A DNA stretch of 64,000 nucleotides from a virus (IMGVR_UViG_3300042444_000560:862-64861), one strand, 5' to 3'; positions 1 to 8,652 are shown, counted from the stretch's first letter. Numbers and translations: made by a program. Notes: generated by a model not told the origin, from the sequence alone.

Positions 1-92
1 TCTCTGCCGGCATCAGCAGCAGCAACCAAGGTATAACGCACGGTCGCTACCTTCCTACCGTTGCAGTTCGCAAGCGGGCTGGCCTTCATCGG

Positions 93-419
93 TCAGCCCG
101 TTTGTCTTTCTGCCAGGTGACTTTCGACCAGCCAGTCGTTGATGTTCGTGCCGTCCTCGGCGGTCAGAATCGCCAGATAACGGCCGTATTTCTCGGTGCG
201 GTCTTTGAATGTCCTGACGGTGACGTTGGGGTTGCCGGTAAACAGGTCGCGCAGGGCTTCAGTCGCCATTTTCCCGAGGTCCGTAAACCGCTCGGCGGCG
301 TCGATTCCGTAAAGCCGTAGCCGAATCTCCCGCTGAATTTCCAGCCCCAGGTCAATTTGCACGTCAACCGTGTCCCCATCGACCACATTGACCACTTCTC
401 CGCGATACTCGTACATCAC
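93..419 (-). CDS. Staphylococcal nuclease (thermonuclease)-like protein
   Basis: VVDGDTV, RLYGIDA and KYGRYLA motifs. Confidence 0.85.
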   Translation of the reverse strand: MMYEYRGEVVNVVDGDTVDVQIDLGLEIQREIRLRLYGIDAAERFTDLGKMATEALRDLFTGNPNVTVRTFKDRTEKYGRYLAILTAEDGTNINDWLVESHLAERQTG

Positions 420-910
420 TCCCCCCTTCGGTCGATTTCGTCTTTGATTCGCTGCTTGTACCCGGCAATCATTTCCTCAAGCTGCTCGGCCGTGAAATTA
501 ACTTGTTTGTTGCGCTGGATGCGAAGCTCGTCGATTGCTTCTCGACCAAACGTTATCTCCATGTAAATGAAATACTCCTCTTTGCGGCCGTTATGAACGA
601 CGTTGCAAAGGCCGCATTGCGGGTGGATGCCCAACTCGTCGAACAGGATTGAGTTAAACCTGCCGTCGATGAAATGGCCGGCTTGAATTTGCTTCCACGG
701 CATTTTTCGCTGGCAGCTAACGCACCAGACAAGCAAGTCTTTCCCTTCTCGGCGCTCTAGTCGGATTGCCTTGCTAAGCAACTCCCAGGCTTTCTTTTTG
801 AGCGCTCGCAGGGACTTTCGCTTAGCTTTCACTGGTCGCTTCTTGGCCGGCTTCCGCTTGATGGCGACCCGCTTCAGTGGCGTCTTGCGTTTCAGTGCGG
901 TCCGCTTCAT
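416..910 (-). CDS. ninG: NinG/Rap-family recombination endonuclease
   Basis: CVSC...AGHF...HPQCxxCN pattern, basic N-terminus. Confidence 0.8.
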   Translation of the reverse strand: MKRTALKRKTPLKRVAIKRKPAKKRPVKAKRKSLRALKKKAWELLSKAIRLERREGKDLLVWCVSCQRKMPWKQIQAGHFIDGRFNSILFDELGIHPQCGLCNVVHNGRKEEYFIYMEITFGREAIDELRIQRNKQVNFTAEQLEEMIAGYKQRIKDEIDRRGE

Positions 911-1311
911 GTAGGCTCCTTCCTATCGGTCTCGTACAGTTCCTTGTAGACCTCGGGTGCGTCGTGCCAGATATTCAGCGCCTCGACCAGCTTTTCAAAC
1001 TCGTCGGCCAGCAGCCGGAGGCGGGAGCTGGGCAGCAAAATGTGGGCGCTGTCAAACTCAACCGGCTCCCGGTCGAAATGGCCGGTCACAATCCAGACCG
1101 TCGTATCAGGCTTCTTGGCGAGCGCTCGCAAGAATATCTTTTGCCCCTCCCCGAAGTCCTCGTTTGGCTTCTTGAACTCCATCGCCAAGAATCGCCCCCG
1201 CCGTTCCATCATCGCGTCAACATTACTTGGGACTGCCCTGGGGTTACTCTTGATTGCCTCCGCCAGAAATCCAAAGTCGATGTGCTCCGCTTTCCTTCTC
1301 ATCAGGCCCAT
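907..1311 (-). CDS. Hypothetical protein, possible PD-(D/E)xK nuclease fold
   Basis: VDAMMERRGRFLAMEFK...GQ motif; coupled to ninG; good RBS. Confidence 0.55.
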   Translation of the reverse strand: MGLMRRKAEHIDFGFLAEAIKSNPRAVPSNVDAMMERRGRFLAMEFKKPNEDFGEGQKIFLRALAKKPDTTVWIVTGHFDREPVEFDSAHILLPSSRLRLLADEFEKLVEALNIWHDAPEVYKELYETDRKEPT

Positions 1312-1337
1312 ACAGTAGGCTCCTTCCTATCGTCAAT

Positions 1338-1622
1338 CTAATCGTAAAGTCCCTTACTGCTGAGGTGCCATCCAAAGCAAAACGGGCACTCATACGCCCG
1401 GCACGGCACCTTTTCCCTGGTTGAATACTTCTGCCACCGCTTCACCGCTTTTGCGGCTAAGTCCTTGTCTTTGTAGCGTCGTTTGTTCCGGCACTCTGCC
1501 GTGCCCTTTTTTCGCTTATTTTCGAAATGCCGTCGTTCGTCCTTGCTCACGACTCGTCCTCGCCCTGACGAAATGTCCCTGAATTTTCCTCTAATCCTTC
1601 TGGAACGGCGTCTTGCACACAC
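1338..1622 (-). CDS. Small basic Zn-finger-like phage protein
   Basis: RAYECPFCFGWHLS motif; start uncertain. Confidence 0.55.
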   Translation of the reverse strand: MCARRRSRRIRGKFRDISSGRGRVVSKDERRHFENKRKKGTAECRNKRRYKDKDLAAKAVKRWQKYSTREKVPCRAYECPFCFGWHLSSKGLYD

Positions 1623-1792
1623 TTGACCATCGCTTCAGATACCGGCTCATAGGGGCTGACCTGCCTAGCAGCCCACCAATCAATATCCGGGCACGGGCAC
1701 TCAAAGACGTGCTGGCCGTGTATTTGGCACCAGTAGTCGTCACACTGGCATAAAACCCACGGCGTTTGGTCGCCTTTCATTTTCGCCTCCAT
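1547..1792 (-). CDS. Small Cys-rich hypothetical protein
   Basis: CxCDDYWCxIH...CPCP; lies in the leftward operon. Confidence 0.5.
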   Translation of the reverse strand: MEAKMKGDQTPWVLCQCDDYWCQIHGQHVFECPCPDIDWWAARQVSPYEPVSEAMVKCVQDAVPEGLEENSGTFRQGEDES

Positions 1793-1833
1793 GCTGTAAT
1801 AAAAGCTTGGTCATTTTCGTTACAGAATCCTGC

Positions 1834-2187
1834 TTACTTCGCTTCCTGTGCCTCTCGCCATTCGGCGTAACGTGTCAGCCAGTCGGCTAGTTGGCGGGCT
1901 TGTTCAGTGTTCGACACCACCCGCCACACTTCGCCGCTGTCGTCTTTTGCCATCACCTCATCAAATGAGTTGCATTTAATCGTCTGATGGTCAATCTCCA
2001 TCGCCTCTGGCTTGGCCGGGATGCGGCGACGAACGGCAGGATAGGCTTTCGCTGTGTATGGAACATCCACAGGAATCAGCACCCACCGCTTCTCAGATTT
2101 GCGCCAACGCTCGTCACCGTCCTTGACTACCTCATCCGGCCCCAGCAACCGCCATCCATCGCCCGGCTGTATCTTTTCGGCAGTCAT
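1834..2187 (-). CDS. Hypothetical phage protein
   Basis: ORF with AAGGA RBS in the leftward operon. Confidence 0.6.
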   Translation of the reverse strand: MTAEKIQPGDGWRLLGPDEVVKDGDERWRKSEKRWVLIPVDVPYTAKAYPAVRRRIPAKPEAMEIDHQTIKCNSFDEVMAKDDSGEVWRVVSNTEQARQLADWLTRYAEWREAQEAK

Positions 2188-2627
2188 GTTAGTTCCTTAA
2201 CTGTTGTTTGATTTCGACCAGTTCGTTGATTACCTCGTTCATTCGCTGGTTGAGAACTTCCAGCCAGTGGATAATCAAGTTCGCTTGCTGTTCGTTCATC
2301 GCTTTTTCCTTTTGTGCTTCTTGTCAGCAATGCCGTTTATGAAGTTTTCAAACTCCTGCCGCCTGTAACGCTTTTCTCGCTCCCGTTTTTCGCTGGCCAT
2401 TAGTTGTTGAACCATGTCCCAGTCGCCCTCGTAGGTTGTCACAATCGTCGCCTTGGCTCGCTTCGGTTCGTCGCTCATCATTCCTCCTCCGTACAAACCC
2501 CAGCCCGCTTCGTGTTGCTGGGGGTGGTTAGTCTTTTTTAAACCCCCACCCTCGCCCACTGGTCTTAACCACACGGCAGCGGCAAAGATTACGCCGCCGA
2601 CCTACGCAGGTGCGAGGATGGGTTTAA

Positions 2628-2748
2628 TGGCTGTGGACCGGATTCGAACCGGCTCGCAAGCTATGTACAACTCGCTTTCGTTTTATCCCGGTGTGCCGTC
2701 TGTCAGCCGGTCGCCACCGTTCGCACGTCCCCACCGTGCCGCCACGCC
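2628..2748 (-). ncRNA. tRNA-like element A (expanded anticodon region)
   Basis: T-arm GCCGG-TTCGAAT-CCGGT, 3' end CCACAGCCA, D-arm-like GCAC-GGTGGGGAC-GTGC; about 120 nt; imperfect acceptor stem. Confidence 0.5.
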
Positions 2749-2904
2749 AAAAATTGCCGTCTCTCCGGCTGTCACGCACACCCTAGTCGGGCCGACGCTG
2801 CTAGTACGTTTCGCTCGTCCTTCTATCCTCGAACAGGATGCCAGTACGTTAATCGTGTCGTCACACGACCCTCTGACAACGGGCACCAATCTTTCAGATG
2901 CCAA

Positions 2905-2971
2905 CGATGCAGGCCGGAATCGAACCGGCAGCGATGGTGCAGTGATTCCATCGCTCTACCTCGCTGCATCG
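2905..2971 (-). ncRNA. tRNA-like element B (no D-arm)
   Basis: Perfect acceptor CGATGCAG/CTGCATCG, T-arm GCCGG-TTCGATT-CCGGC, 8-bp stem AGCGATGG/CCATCGCT. Confidence 0.55.
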
Positions 2972-2974
2972 AAC

Positions 2975-3044
2975 CGCACCGCCTGGGCTCGAACCAGGAG
3001 CTTTCCCCTTGTCGGGTTGCGTTTTCCAATTCCGCCACGGTGCA
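2975..3044 (-). ncRNA. tRNA-like element C (degenerate anticodon arm)
   Basis: Acceptor GCACCG/CGGTGC, D-arm TGGCGGAATTGGAAAACGC, T-arm CCTGG-TTCGAGC-CCAGG; no canonical 7-nt anticodon loop. Confidence 0.6.
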
Positions 3045-3049
3045 AGAAA

Positions 3050-3382
3050 CTAAATCAATCCAGTCAGCTCATCATTTAACTGCTCGTCGGTGTAACCGAC
3101 TGCCTTGTAGTGCTCCAGGAATGAGTTTCTAAAGTATCCATCTGGTGTCGGCTTGAGATTGCTGGAATCAAGCCACGGGTCACTGTCTTGGTAAAGCAGT
3201 TTCGTAAGCCGGATTGAGGCTATTGCTTTGATTAAATGCGGATTGGTCAGCATGTCGAGCTTGTCGAACAAGTCTGCACGGTCGTTTACCGTAACCACCA
3301 CCGTCATCGAATCGTCCTCCCACTGAACAAGAGACGCGATTCGTTTTTCGCTGTCGTATTTCTCTAAAAGTTTCTCAGCCAT
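3050..3382 (-). CDS. Hypothetical protein
   Basis: ORF with GAGGG RBS. Confidence 0.6.
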   Translation of the reverse strand: MAEKLLEKYDSEKRIASLVQWEDDSMTVVVTVNDRADLFDKLDMLTNPHLIKAIASIRLTKLLYQDSDPWLDSSNLKPTPDGYFRNSFLEHYKAVGYTDEQLNDELTGLI

Positions 3383-3577
3383 TGCTCAATCCCTCGTTAC
3401 TGCGTGCGCCCAAGCACACCAGATAATCACTGCACCAGAAACGAACCCACAGAAGTACCCAAAAATCATCTTCTCAAGCATGGCACTAGACTCCGTTTGA
3501 TTGCCGAAAAAAATGCCGGCTTGACCTACCGGCAGTGAGGGCCGTCACAAGGAGATACAGCCCAAGGTTCCCACCAC

Positions 3578-4489
3578 TCATTTACGCCGAATCTCTGCAA
3601 TGCGAACTGCGTAAGCCTGCTCGATTTCATACCCTGCTCCTGGGTCATCTTCTGTAAGCTGCTGGGCCAAGTCGGCCGCAGCCTTCAGTGTTTTCACCGC
3701 CTGAAAATCAGCGGTGTAGTCCCGGGCCTCGGTAATAAACACTTCGAGCTGCTGGGGCTGGCTGCCCTGCTCGACAACCTCGGCCGGCACAATTTCAACG
3801 ACCGGCTCCTCGGCGGCCTGTTCAACGACCGGCTCTGGCTGGGGCTCAGGCTGTGTGGCTGGCTGCGGTTTAGGCAGGAGCCTATTCTTGAGCGCTTCAG
3901 TGCCGGCCTTGGGCGGCTCGGTGGCTGGGAGAACTGTCATATCGTTGCGAACAACGTCCCGGGCTTCGTCCTCGTCGTAGATGCCCGACAAGCCAAACGC
4001 CAGGCGAGCGGCCTGCATGAAAGCCTTATGGCGAAGCATCCGGCTTGGCATGGTGCGCCACGGGTTGCTGGGCCGTGAACATTCTGACAGATACTCCGTG
4101 ACCGCGACTGGCCGGCTACGGCGCTTGTCGTAAATCTTGCAAGTGATGCTGACTAGACCGCCTTGGTCGTTGTGCTCCGTCTCAAACTCGCAGCCATCGA
4201 AGTTTTCGTTTCGGTTGACCAGTGTTGACCAGCCATCAATCGAGACGATGGGGATAATTGCGCCGTTCGATTCAAAGGCAAAGATTTCCCGAGTGAGCGG
4301 GTTCAGCTCGTACTTATTGGCCACAATCAAGAAGGCTTGCACCTCCTCGTTTGTTGCTTCTTTGCCGTTCCTTTGCGGCTTGATAACGGTGTTCTTGAGA
4401 ATCTGTAGCATTGCTCCCGGCTCGACACCGAGACGGCCGGCCATGACTTCGAGGAGCTTGGGTTTGTTTTGAGTAGTAACTGCGTTCAT
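3578..4489 (-). CDS. bet: Phage recombination protein Bet (RecT/Redbeta family)
   Basis: LNPLTREIF, IVSIDGW, W...P.RMLRHKA..QAARLAFG..GIYDEDE. Confidence 0.92.
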   Translation of the reverse strand: MNAVTTQNKPKLLEVMAGRLGVEPGAMLQILKNTVIKPQRNGKEATNEEVQAFLIVANKYELNPLTREIFAFESNGAIIPIVSIDGWSTLVNRNENFDGCEFETEHNDQGGLVSITCKIYDKRRSRPVAVTEYLSECSRPSNPWRTMPSRMLRHKAFMQAARLAFGLSGIYDEDEARDVVRNDMTVLPATEPPKAGTEALKNRLLPKPQPATQPEPQPEPVVEQAAEEPVVEIVPAEVVEQGSQPQQLEVFITEARDYTADFQAVKTLKAAADLAQQLTEDDPGAGYEIEQAYAVRIAEIRRK

Positions 4490-5388
4490 TACTTGGCTTC
4501 CTTGATTCGGAGAGTGCGATAGGACTTAGGCTGCACGGTGTAGCCTTTGCGATGGGATTCGAGGTAGGTAATCTGAGTGCCGTCAGCGAGCTTGGCGGCT
4601 TCCGAGTCACCGAGGGCCAGAATGAGCTGGCCTTGCAGCAGCTCGGCCTGTTCCTCGATTTCCTTTTTCTTGGCCTTGACCATTTCAAGGTCATCAATGA
4701 TGGTCCGCAGGCGAAAGGTCGCCGTCTGGTCAATCTCGATGACTGACTCTGGCTTGCGGATGACGCGCTTGAGGATTTCTGGTGTCACCGTGCTGGCGTC
4801 TGGTGGCACGTCGCAAATAACGTGAGCGGTCCACCAGTTAGTAAGCTGCTCGGTCAAAGCCTCGGCCAGCTCGTTATCGTAGCGTACGAGATACTTGGAA
4901 ACCGGCCAGCCGCCCAGTAGGGCATAGACGTGCGCGACCTCCGCGCCGGCGCAGAACATTTGCAGTTGGGTCTGGACCAGATACTCCTGTGGAATATGGT
5001 CGGTCCCTTCTTCGCCCCAGTAGCCTACAACCGGCGCGCCTTTTTTCATGCCGCTGGTCTTGGCTTCCACTACGTCGCCAGTGGCAATAACCTGGGCGTC
5101 CAGAGTCGCCCCAATAGGCAATCCATTCGGCGCTGGAATGAACACATTACGCTGAAGGTCGCCAAGGTCTTGCTCGGCATAGCCAAGCAGCAGCGGCTCA
5201 AGTTCAGTCCCGATTTTGGTTGCGTCGTTACCCTTCCAAGGCTCAGCCCGACCGGTCTTTTCCAGCCAGACTTTATATCCCAGCGACGAGCGTTCGACCG
5301 GCGTCGCGTATGAGCTGATTCCGAGAATGGCAGCGGCATCTGACGCGCCAATACGCGACGACCGCTCCCGGGTGACTGTCGATTGCAT
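4489..5388 (-). CDS. YqaJ-like (lambda exonuclease family) nuclease
   Basis: IGASDAAAILG, ATLDA, EAKT, YLVQTQLQM; adjacent to bet. Confidence 0.9.
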   Translation of the reverse strand: MQSTVTRERSSRIGASDAAAILGISSYATPVERSSLGYKVWLEKTGRAEPWKGNDATKIGTELEPLLLGYAEQDLGDLQRNVFIPAPNGLPIGATLDAQVIATGDVVEAKTSGMKKGAPVVGYWGEEGTDHIPQEYLVQTQLQMFCAGAEVAHVYALLGGWPVSKYLVRYDNELAEALTEQLTNWWTAHVICDVPPDASTVTPEILKRVIRKPESVIEIDQTATFRLRTIIDDLEMVKAKKKEIEEQAELLQGQLILALGDSEAAKLADGTQITYLESHRKGYTVQPKSYRTLRIKEAK

Positions 5389-5421
5389 AAAATTCTCCTT
5401 ATTTTGGGTGGGAAAAACGAC

Positions 5422-5604
5422 CTATTCAGGGCTGGTGGCAGGTGCTGGCTCGTCGTGAACCGGCAATTCCGCCCGCAAGATTTTCACTTCCTTGGGTGCT
5501 GTAACCCCAATGCGAACTTCCTTGTTCGAGATTTTCAGCACCGAGACGACAATGCCGTCTCCAATCTTGATTTCCTCCAAGTGCTTCCGAGCTAATACCA
5601 ACAT
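5422..5604 (-). CDS. csrA: Carbon storage regulator CsrA-family RNA-binding protein
   Basis: MLVLARK..EEIKIGDGI.V.V..I....VRIGVTAPKEV.ILRAEL. Confidence 0.9.
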   Translation of the reverse strand: MLVLARKHLEEIKIGDGIVVSVLKISNKEVRIGVTAPKEVKILRAELPVHDEPAPATSPE

Positions 5605-5653
5605 GCTTTCGACCTCCGTGTGAGTGACTAATCAACCCTGAATAGGTATCGGG

Positions 5654-5682
5654 AATATAGGAAGTTACCGATAGCCAGTCAA
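5654..5682 (-). promoter_or_regulatory. Leftward early sigma70-type promoter with a near-consensus operator in its spacer
   Basis: TTGACT-17-TATATT on the minus strand; TAGG-AAGTTA-CCGA at 5658-5671. Confidence 0.6.
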
Positions 5683-5708
5683 TCTAGTTCTGGCAAGTTT
5701 TTTGGAAA

Positions 5709-6581
5709 TTAAAGCAACAACTCGGCAGGCAGCGGCCGGTTGAGTTTTATCCCGTCAGAGAGATACCACTTTTGAGTAGTGATGGCTGACGTATGGCCGG
5801 CATGATGCTGGCCCTGCCCAGGTGCTGCCAGTTCTACGGCCGTGATGCTTGAGCGCCTCAATTTCTTGAACGGCCCGTCGCTGGCGGAAAGACCTGCGGA
5901 TTCAACGGCTGCCATGATTTCTGCTCGAATCAACTTGAAACAGGCTTTGGGGGTGCGGATACCCCATGTTGGCCAGCACAGCTTTCGCGGAGGCGCAACC
6001 TCGTCGAATGTTCGCTGGATGATTGCTCTGGTGCTCGGGTGTAGCTTGCACCAATGCGGCAGGCCAGTCTTGTGCATGGTCACGCAAAACCAACCTGACT
6101 CGCTGGCGTGGCTACGCTCCAGCTCCATCAAGTCAGCCAGCCGTAATCCGGTTTCCCAAGCAGCAGCCACCAGACCAACGTAATAATCGGCCTTTTTGAT
6201 GAGCACGACCGGCAGTCGGCCTTGCACTTTTTGAAGCTCGGCGCAAATCCGGCCAACGTCTTCCGCGGTCCAAGCATCCCGAGGCGTCGGCTGTGTCTTG
6301 ATGCGCCTGACTCGATTGGGCTCGATTGTTCCGTGCTGCTCGGCCACAGCTCGCCAGAGTACCAACAGGCTCCGGCGTTTGCTTTGGACTGTGTGCGGCT
6401 TGTTGCTCTGAGCGTAAGCAACAAGAAACCGATTCATGGTGTCATCGGTTAAGTCGGAAAGTTCAGCAGGGCGGCCAAGCCACTTCTCAAAACGGTTTAC
6501 CGCGATGCGGTACTGTTCAACTGAAGATTCTGTGATGGCTCGCTGCAAAGAGTATGAGACGAGAAACTCTTGAACGGTCAT
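5709..6581 (-). CDS. int: Tyrosine recombinase / phage integrase
   Basis: TGLRLADL, KKLRRS, AGHTS..TT..WY catalytic motifs; GGAGG RBS before ATG 6581. Confidence 0.85.
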   Translation of the reverse strand: MTVQEFLVSYSLQRAITESSVEQYRIAVNRFEKWLGRPAELSDLTDDTMNRFLVAYAQSNKPHTVQSKRRSLLVLWRAVAEQHGTIEPNRVRRIKTQPTPRDAWTAEDVGRICAELQKVQGRLPVVLIKKADYYVGLVAAAWETGLRLADLMELERSHASESGWFCVTMHKTGLPHWCKLHPSTRAIIQRTFDEVAPPRKLCWPTWGIRTPKACFKLIRAEIMAAVESAGLSASDGPFKKLRRSSITAVELAAPGQGQHHAGHTSAITTQKWYLSDGIKLNRPLPAELLL

Positions 6582-6709
6582 GTGTGCCTCCAAAATCAAG
6601 GTAGGCATCCATGTGGGGGGGCGGCAGGTATTCCCTTTTGCCGGTGGGTGAAATACCCAACTTTTAGGTCCGCTTGTAAGGCGTGTAGCGATTATAGGGA
6701 GTTACCTAA

Positions 6710-6766
6710 CTAGATTCAGGTTCTAGTGCCCGCAAGGGCGTGTAGGTTCGACTCCTATTATCCGCA
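6710..6766 (+). other. attP core: 3' two-thirds of a tRNA-Leu(CAG) gene
   Basis: CTAGA-TTCAGGT-TCTAG anticodon arm, long variable arm, GTAGG-TTCGACT-CCTAT T-arm, TATCCGCA; 5' acceptor strand and D-arm absent; next to int. Confidence 0.85.
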
Positions 6767-6769
6767 CTA

Positions 6770-6795
6770 CCCACCGTAGTTGGTGGGTTTTCTTT
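6770..6795 (+). terminator. Intrinsic terminator after the tRNA fragment
   Basis: CCCACC-gtagtt-GGTGGG followed by TTTTCTTT. Confidence 0.6.
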
Positions 6796-6819
6796 CGTCA
6801 ACCAAGTAGGAGCCCACCT

Positions 6820-7098
6820 ATGACGATTCAGACCGGGAAACTAGACCGCAGAACCAAGAAATCCACGAAGATAAGTGAGCTTCACCGCAAGGTTATCACC
6901 AACATTCGAGAGCTGAGAATCGAGGTCGGCTTCAGCCAGGCACAGATGGCGGCGAAGCTGAAAATGGCCCAGCCGACTTATTGTGCCATCGAAACCGCCC
7001 GATGTGACGTAATGCTCGGGACACTTGAGCGAATCGCCCGAGTGCTCGGCCAGCCGGTGCAAGTTTTGTTTGCCAGGCAGCCAAGGTCGGTCTTGTAG
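6820..7098 (+). CDS. XRE-family HTH regulator
   Basis: IRELR...GFSQAQMAAKL...YCAIE...TLERIARVL. Confidence 0.85.
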   Translation: MTIQTGKLDRRTKKSTKISELHRKVITNIRELRIEVGFSQAQMAAKLKMAQPTYCAIETARCDVMLGTLERIARVLGQPVQVLFARQPRSVL

Positions 7099-7181
7099 TT
7101 GCAATTTCGCTTGCTAAAATATCAAGCAGTCTCACGGCTCGACTCCTTTCCGAAATTGGCTGTTGTGTCACCGAGAACATT

Positions 7182-7216
7182 GCCCGCAGCGGTTGCAGCC
7201 GCTGGCGGGTTTTTTG
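7182..7216 (+). terminator. Intrinsic terminator between the convergent HTH genes
   Basis: GCCCGCAGCGG...CCGCTGGCGGG followed by a T-run. Confidence 0.55.
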
Positions 7217-7230
7217 TTGGCTTCTCGACT

Positions 7231-7530
7231 TCAATCCGCTTCCGGCGATGCGACGAAGGTGACTAAATCAGCCCGGGGGCCCAGCTTGGCCACGTCTCTG
7301 GCCCGCGGCACCTGAACCAAGTCGGAAACAGGTACGTCCAGGGCTTGAGCGATTTTTTCAAGAGTGGTCAGAGTAATGGCCGTCCGGCCGTGTTCCACGT
7401 CACTGACCTGGGGCTGAGCCCAGCCTCGGCCGGTAATTTCCGACAGCTTGGCAGCGAACTGCTGCTGGGTCAAACCAGCCATCAGCCGCCGCAATCGGAC
7501 ATTTTTCGCTACTCGAATCCGCAATTCCAT
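7231..7530 (-). CDS. XRE-family HTH regulator (candidate repressor)
   Basis: GLTQQQFAAKL...QVSDVEHG...TLEKIAQALDV; divergent from the replication operon. Confidence 0.85.
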   Translation of the reverse strand: MELRIRVAKNVRLRRLMAGLTQQQFAAKLSEITGRGWAQPQVSDVEHGRTAITLTTLEKIAQALDVPVSDLVQVPRARDVAKLGPRADLVTFVASPEAD

Positions 7531-7610
7531 GCCGTAAACCTTTGTTCCTTAATGACTTGCGGATTTATAGCGAGAATCCTATTGACCGGCAACCCGCAGT
7601 CGCACTAGAC

Positions 7611-7722
7611 TTTTCACGCCGGGGGTGACAGCCCGCCAATCACAACCTGAAACACTTGCGGCTCTGCCGCATTTTCACGCCCGCCCCCTGCCGACTGTCA
7701 CCGGCGCGGGGCGGGTTTTTTC
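7611..7722 (+). promoter_or_regulatory. Structured leader / attenuator upstream of the replication genes
   Basis: Terminator hairpin at about 7680-7721; upstream GGTGACAG (7624-7631) complementary to CTGTCACC (7695-7702). Confidence 0.45.
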
Positions 7723-7740
7723 GTGCATGGAGTGCCCGCG

Positions 7741-8652
7741 ATGGCCCGGAAGTCACCCGCTTTTTCTTTTTACGCAAACGATTGGCTTGGAAGTACCAGG
7801 CGGCTAAGTCCAGCCCAAAGAGGTATCTATATCGACCTGCTTTGCGAAATGTGGAACTCTGGCCCGATGACCGAACAAGAAACCCAAGCCTTTTGTTTGG
7901 GTTTGTCTTGGGATATGGTCTGGGATTTACTGAACCAGAAATTCAAGCTCAATAAAGATGGGCGGTGGTACAACGAGCGACTAGAGGACGAACGGCTCAA
8001 GCAAATCGCTTTTCGTGAAAAACAGGCCAAAAACGGTATTTTAGGTGGTCGGCCAAAAGCCAAACAAAACCCAGACCATAACCCAAACGAAACCCAAACC
8101 TTAACCCAAACACAAACCCAAACGAAAGCCAAACAAAACCCTTCAGTCTCAGTCTCAGAAAGTATTAAAGAAGAAGTCCTTACGGACTCGTCTCCGGAGG
8201 CCGTCGACCAGTCAGAACCGGCTGCCGCTGGCAGCCCTGCCCCAAAGCCTCCCGAGGGTGAAGAACCCTACGAGCTGAAACCAGAGCCAGCGACCAAAGC
8301 GAAACGAAAACGGGAACCCAAGCCCTTTGACCCCAACCGCGCAACGATGGATGACGTGCTGGACTGCTGGGAACACTACTGGGGAAAGAAAATCCAGCTC
8401 ACTGATGCCCGCAAGAAAAGTCTCCGCGCAAGGCTTCGGAATGACTGGTGGGAGCAAAACTTTGCCGAGGGCTGTCGCAGGGCCACCAAATCGGAGTTTT
8501 GCAACGGCTCAAGCCCGAGCGGCTGGGTAGCGACTTTCGATTGGTTCATCCGGCCGGATACGCTGGCAAAAATCATGGAAGGAGCCTACGAAAAGCACAA
8601 AAAAGACCCCTACGCCAGTTTCCAGAAATTTTCCGCTGCGTCTCAGGGATAG
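7741..8652 (+). CDS. Phage replication initiator (DUF1376/YdaU-like N-terminus)
   Basis: PAFSFYANDWL...QRGIYIDLLC; C-terminal ATFDWFIRPDTLAKIMEGAY; upstream of DnaB. Confidence 0.8.
   Translation: MARKSPAFSFYANDWLGSTRRLSPAQRGIYIDLLCEMWNSGPMTEQETQAFCLGLSWDMVWDLLNQKFKLNKDGRWYNERLEDERLKQIAFREKQAKNGILGGRPKAKQNPDHNPNETQTLTQTQTQTKAKQNPSVSVSESIKEEVLTDSSPEAVDQSEPAAAGSPAPKPPEGEEPYELKPEPATKAKRKREPKPFDPNRATMDDVLDCWEHYWGKKIQLTDARKKSLRARLRNDWWEQNFAEGCRRATKSEFCNGSSPSGWVATFDWFIRPDTLAKIMEGAYEKHKKDPYASFQKFSAASQG
8054..8141 (+). repeat. Iteron-like AACCCAAAC / GCCAAACAAAACCC repeats (putative replication origin)
   Basis: Several A/C-rich direct repeats inside the initiator gene. Confidence 0.6.

Noticed and set aside
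2750-2904. Hammerhead or other self-cleaving ribozyme between the tRNA mimics
   Set aside because: CUGAAAG and GAAA are present but do not fit the CUGANGA core or stem geometry; an Infernal search is needed.
2453-3079. 208-aa plus-strand ORF
   Set aside because: Antisense to the early operon and overlaps the tRNA-like structures; no protein motif.
6743-6757. Additional TAGG...CCTA operator
   Set aside because: The spacer is 7 nt and the sequence is simply the tRNA T-arm.
6690-6770. Complete functional tRNA-Leu gene
   Set aside because: The 5' acceptor strand and D-arm are missing; an attP core explains it better.
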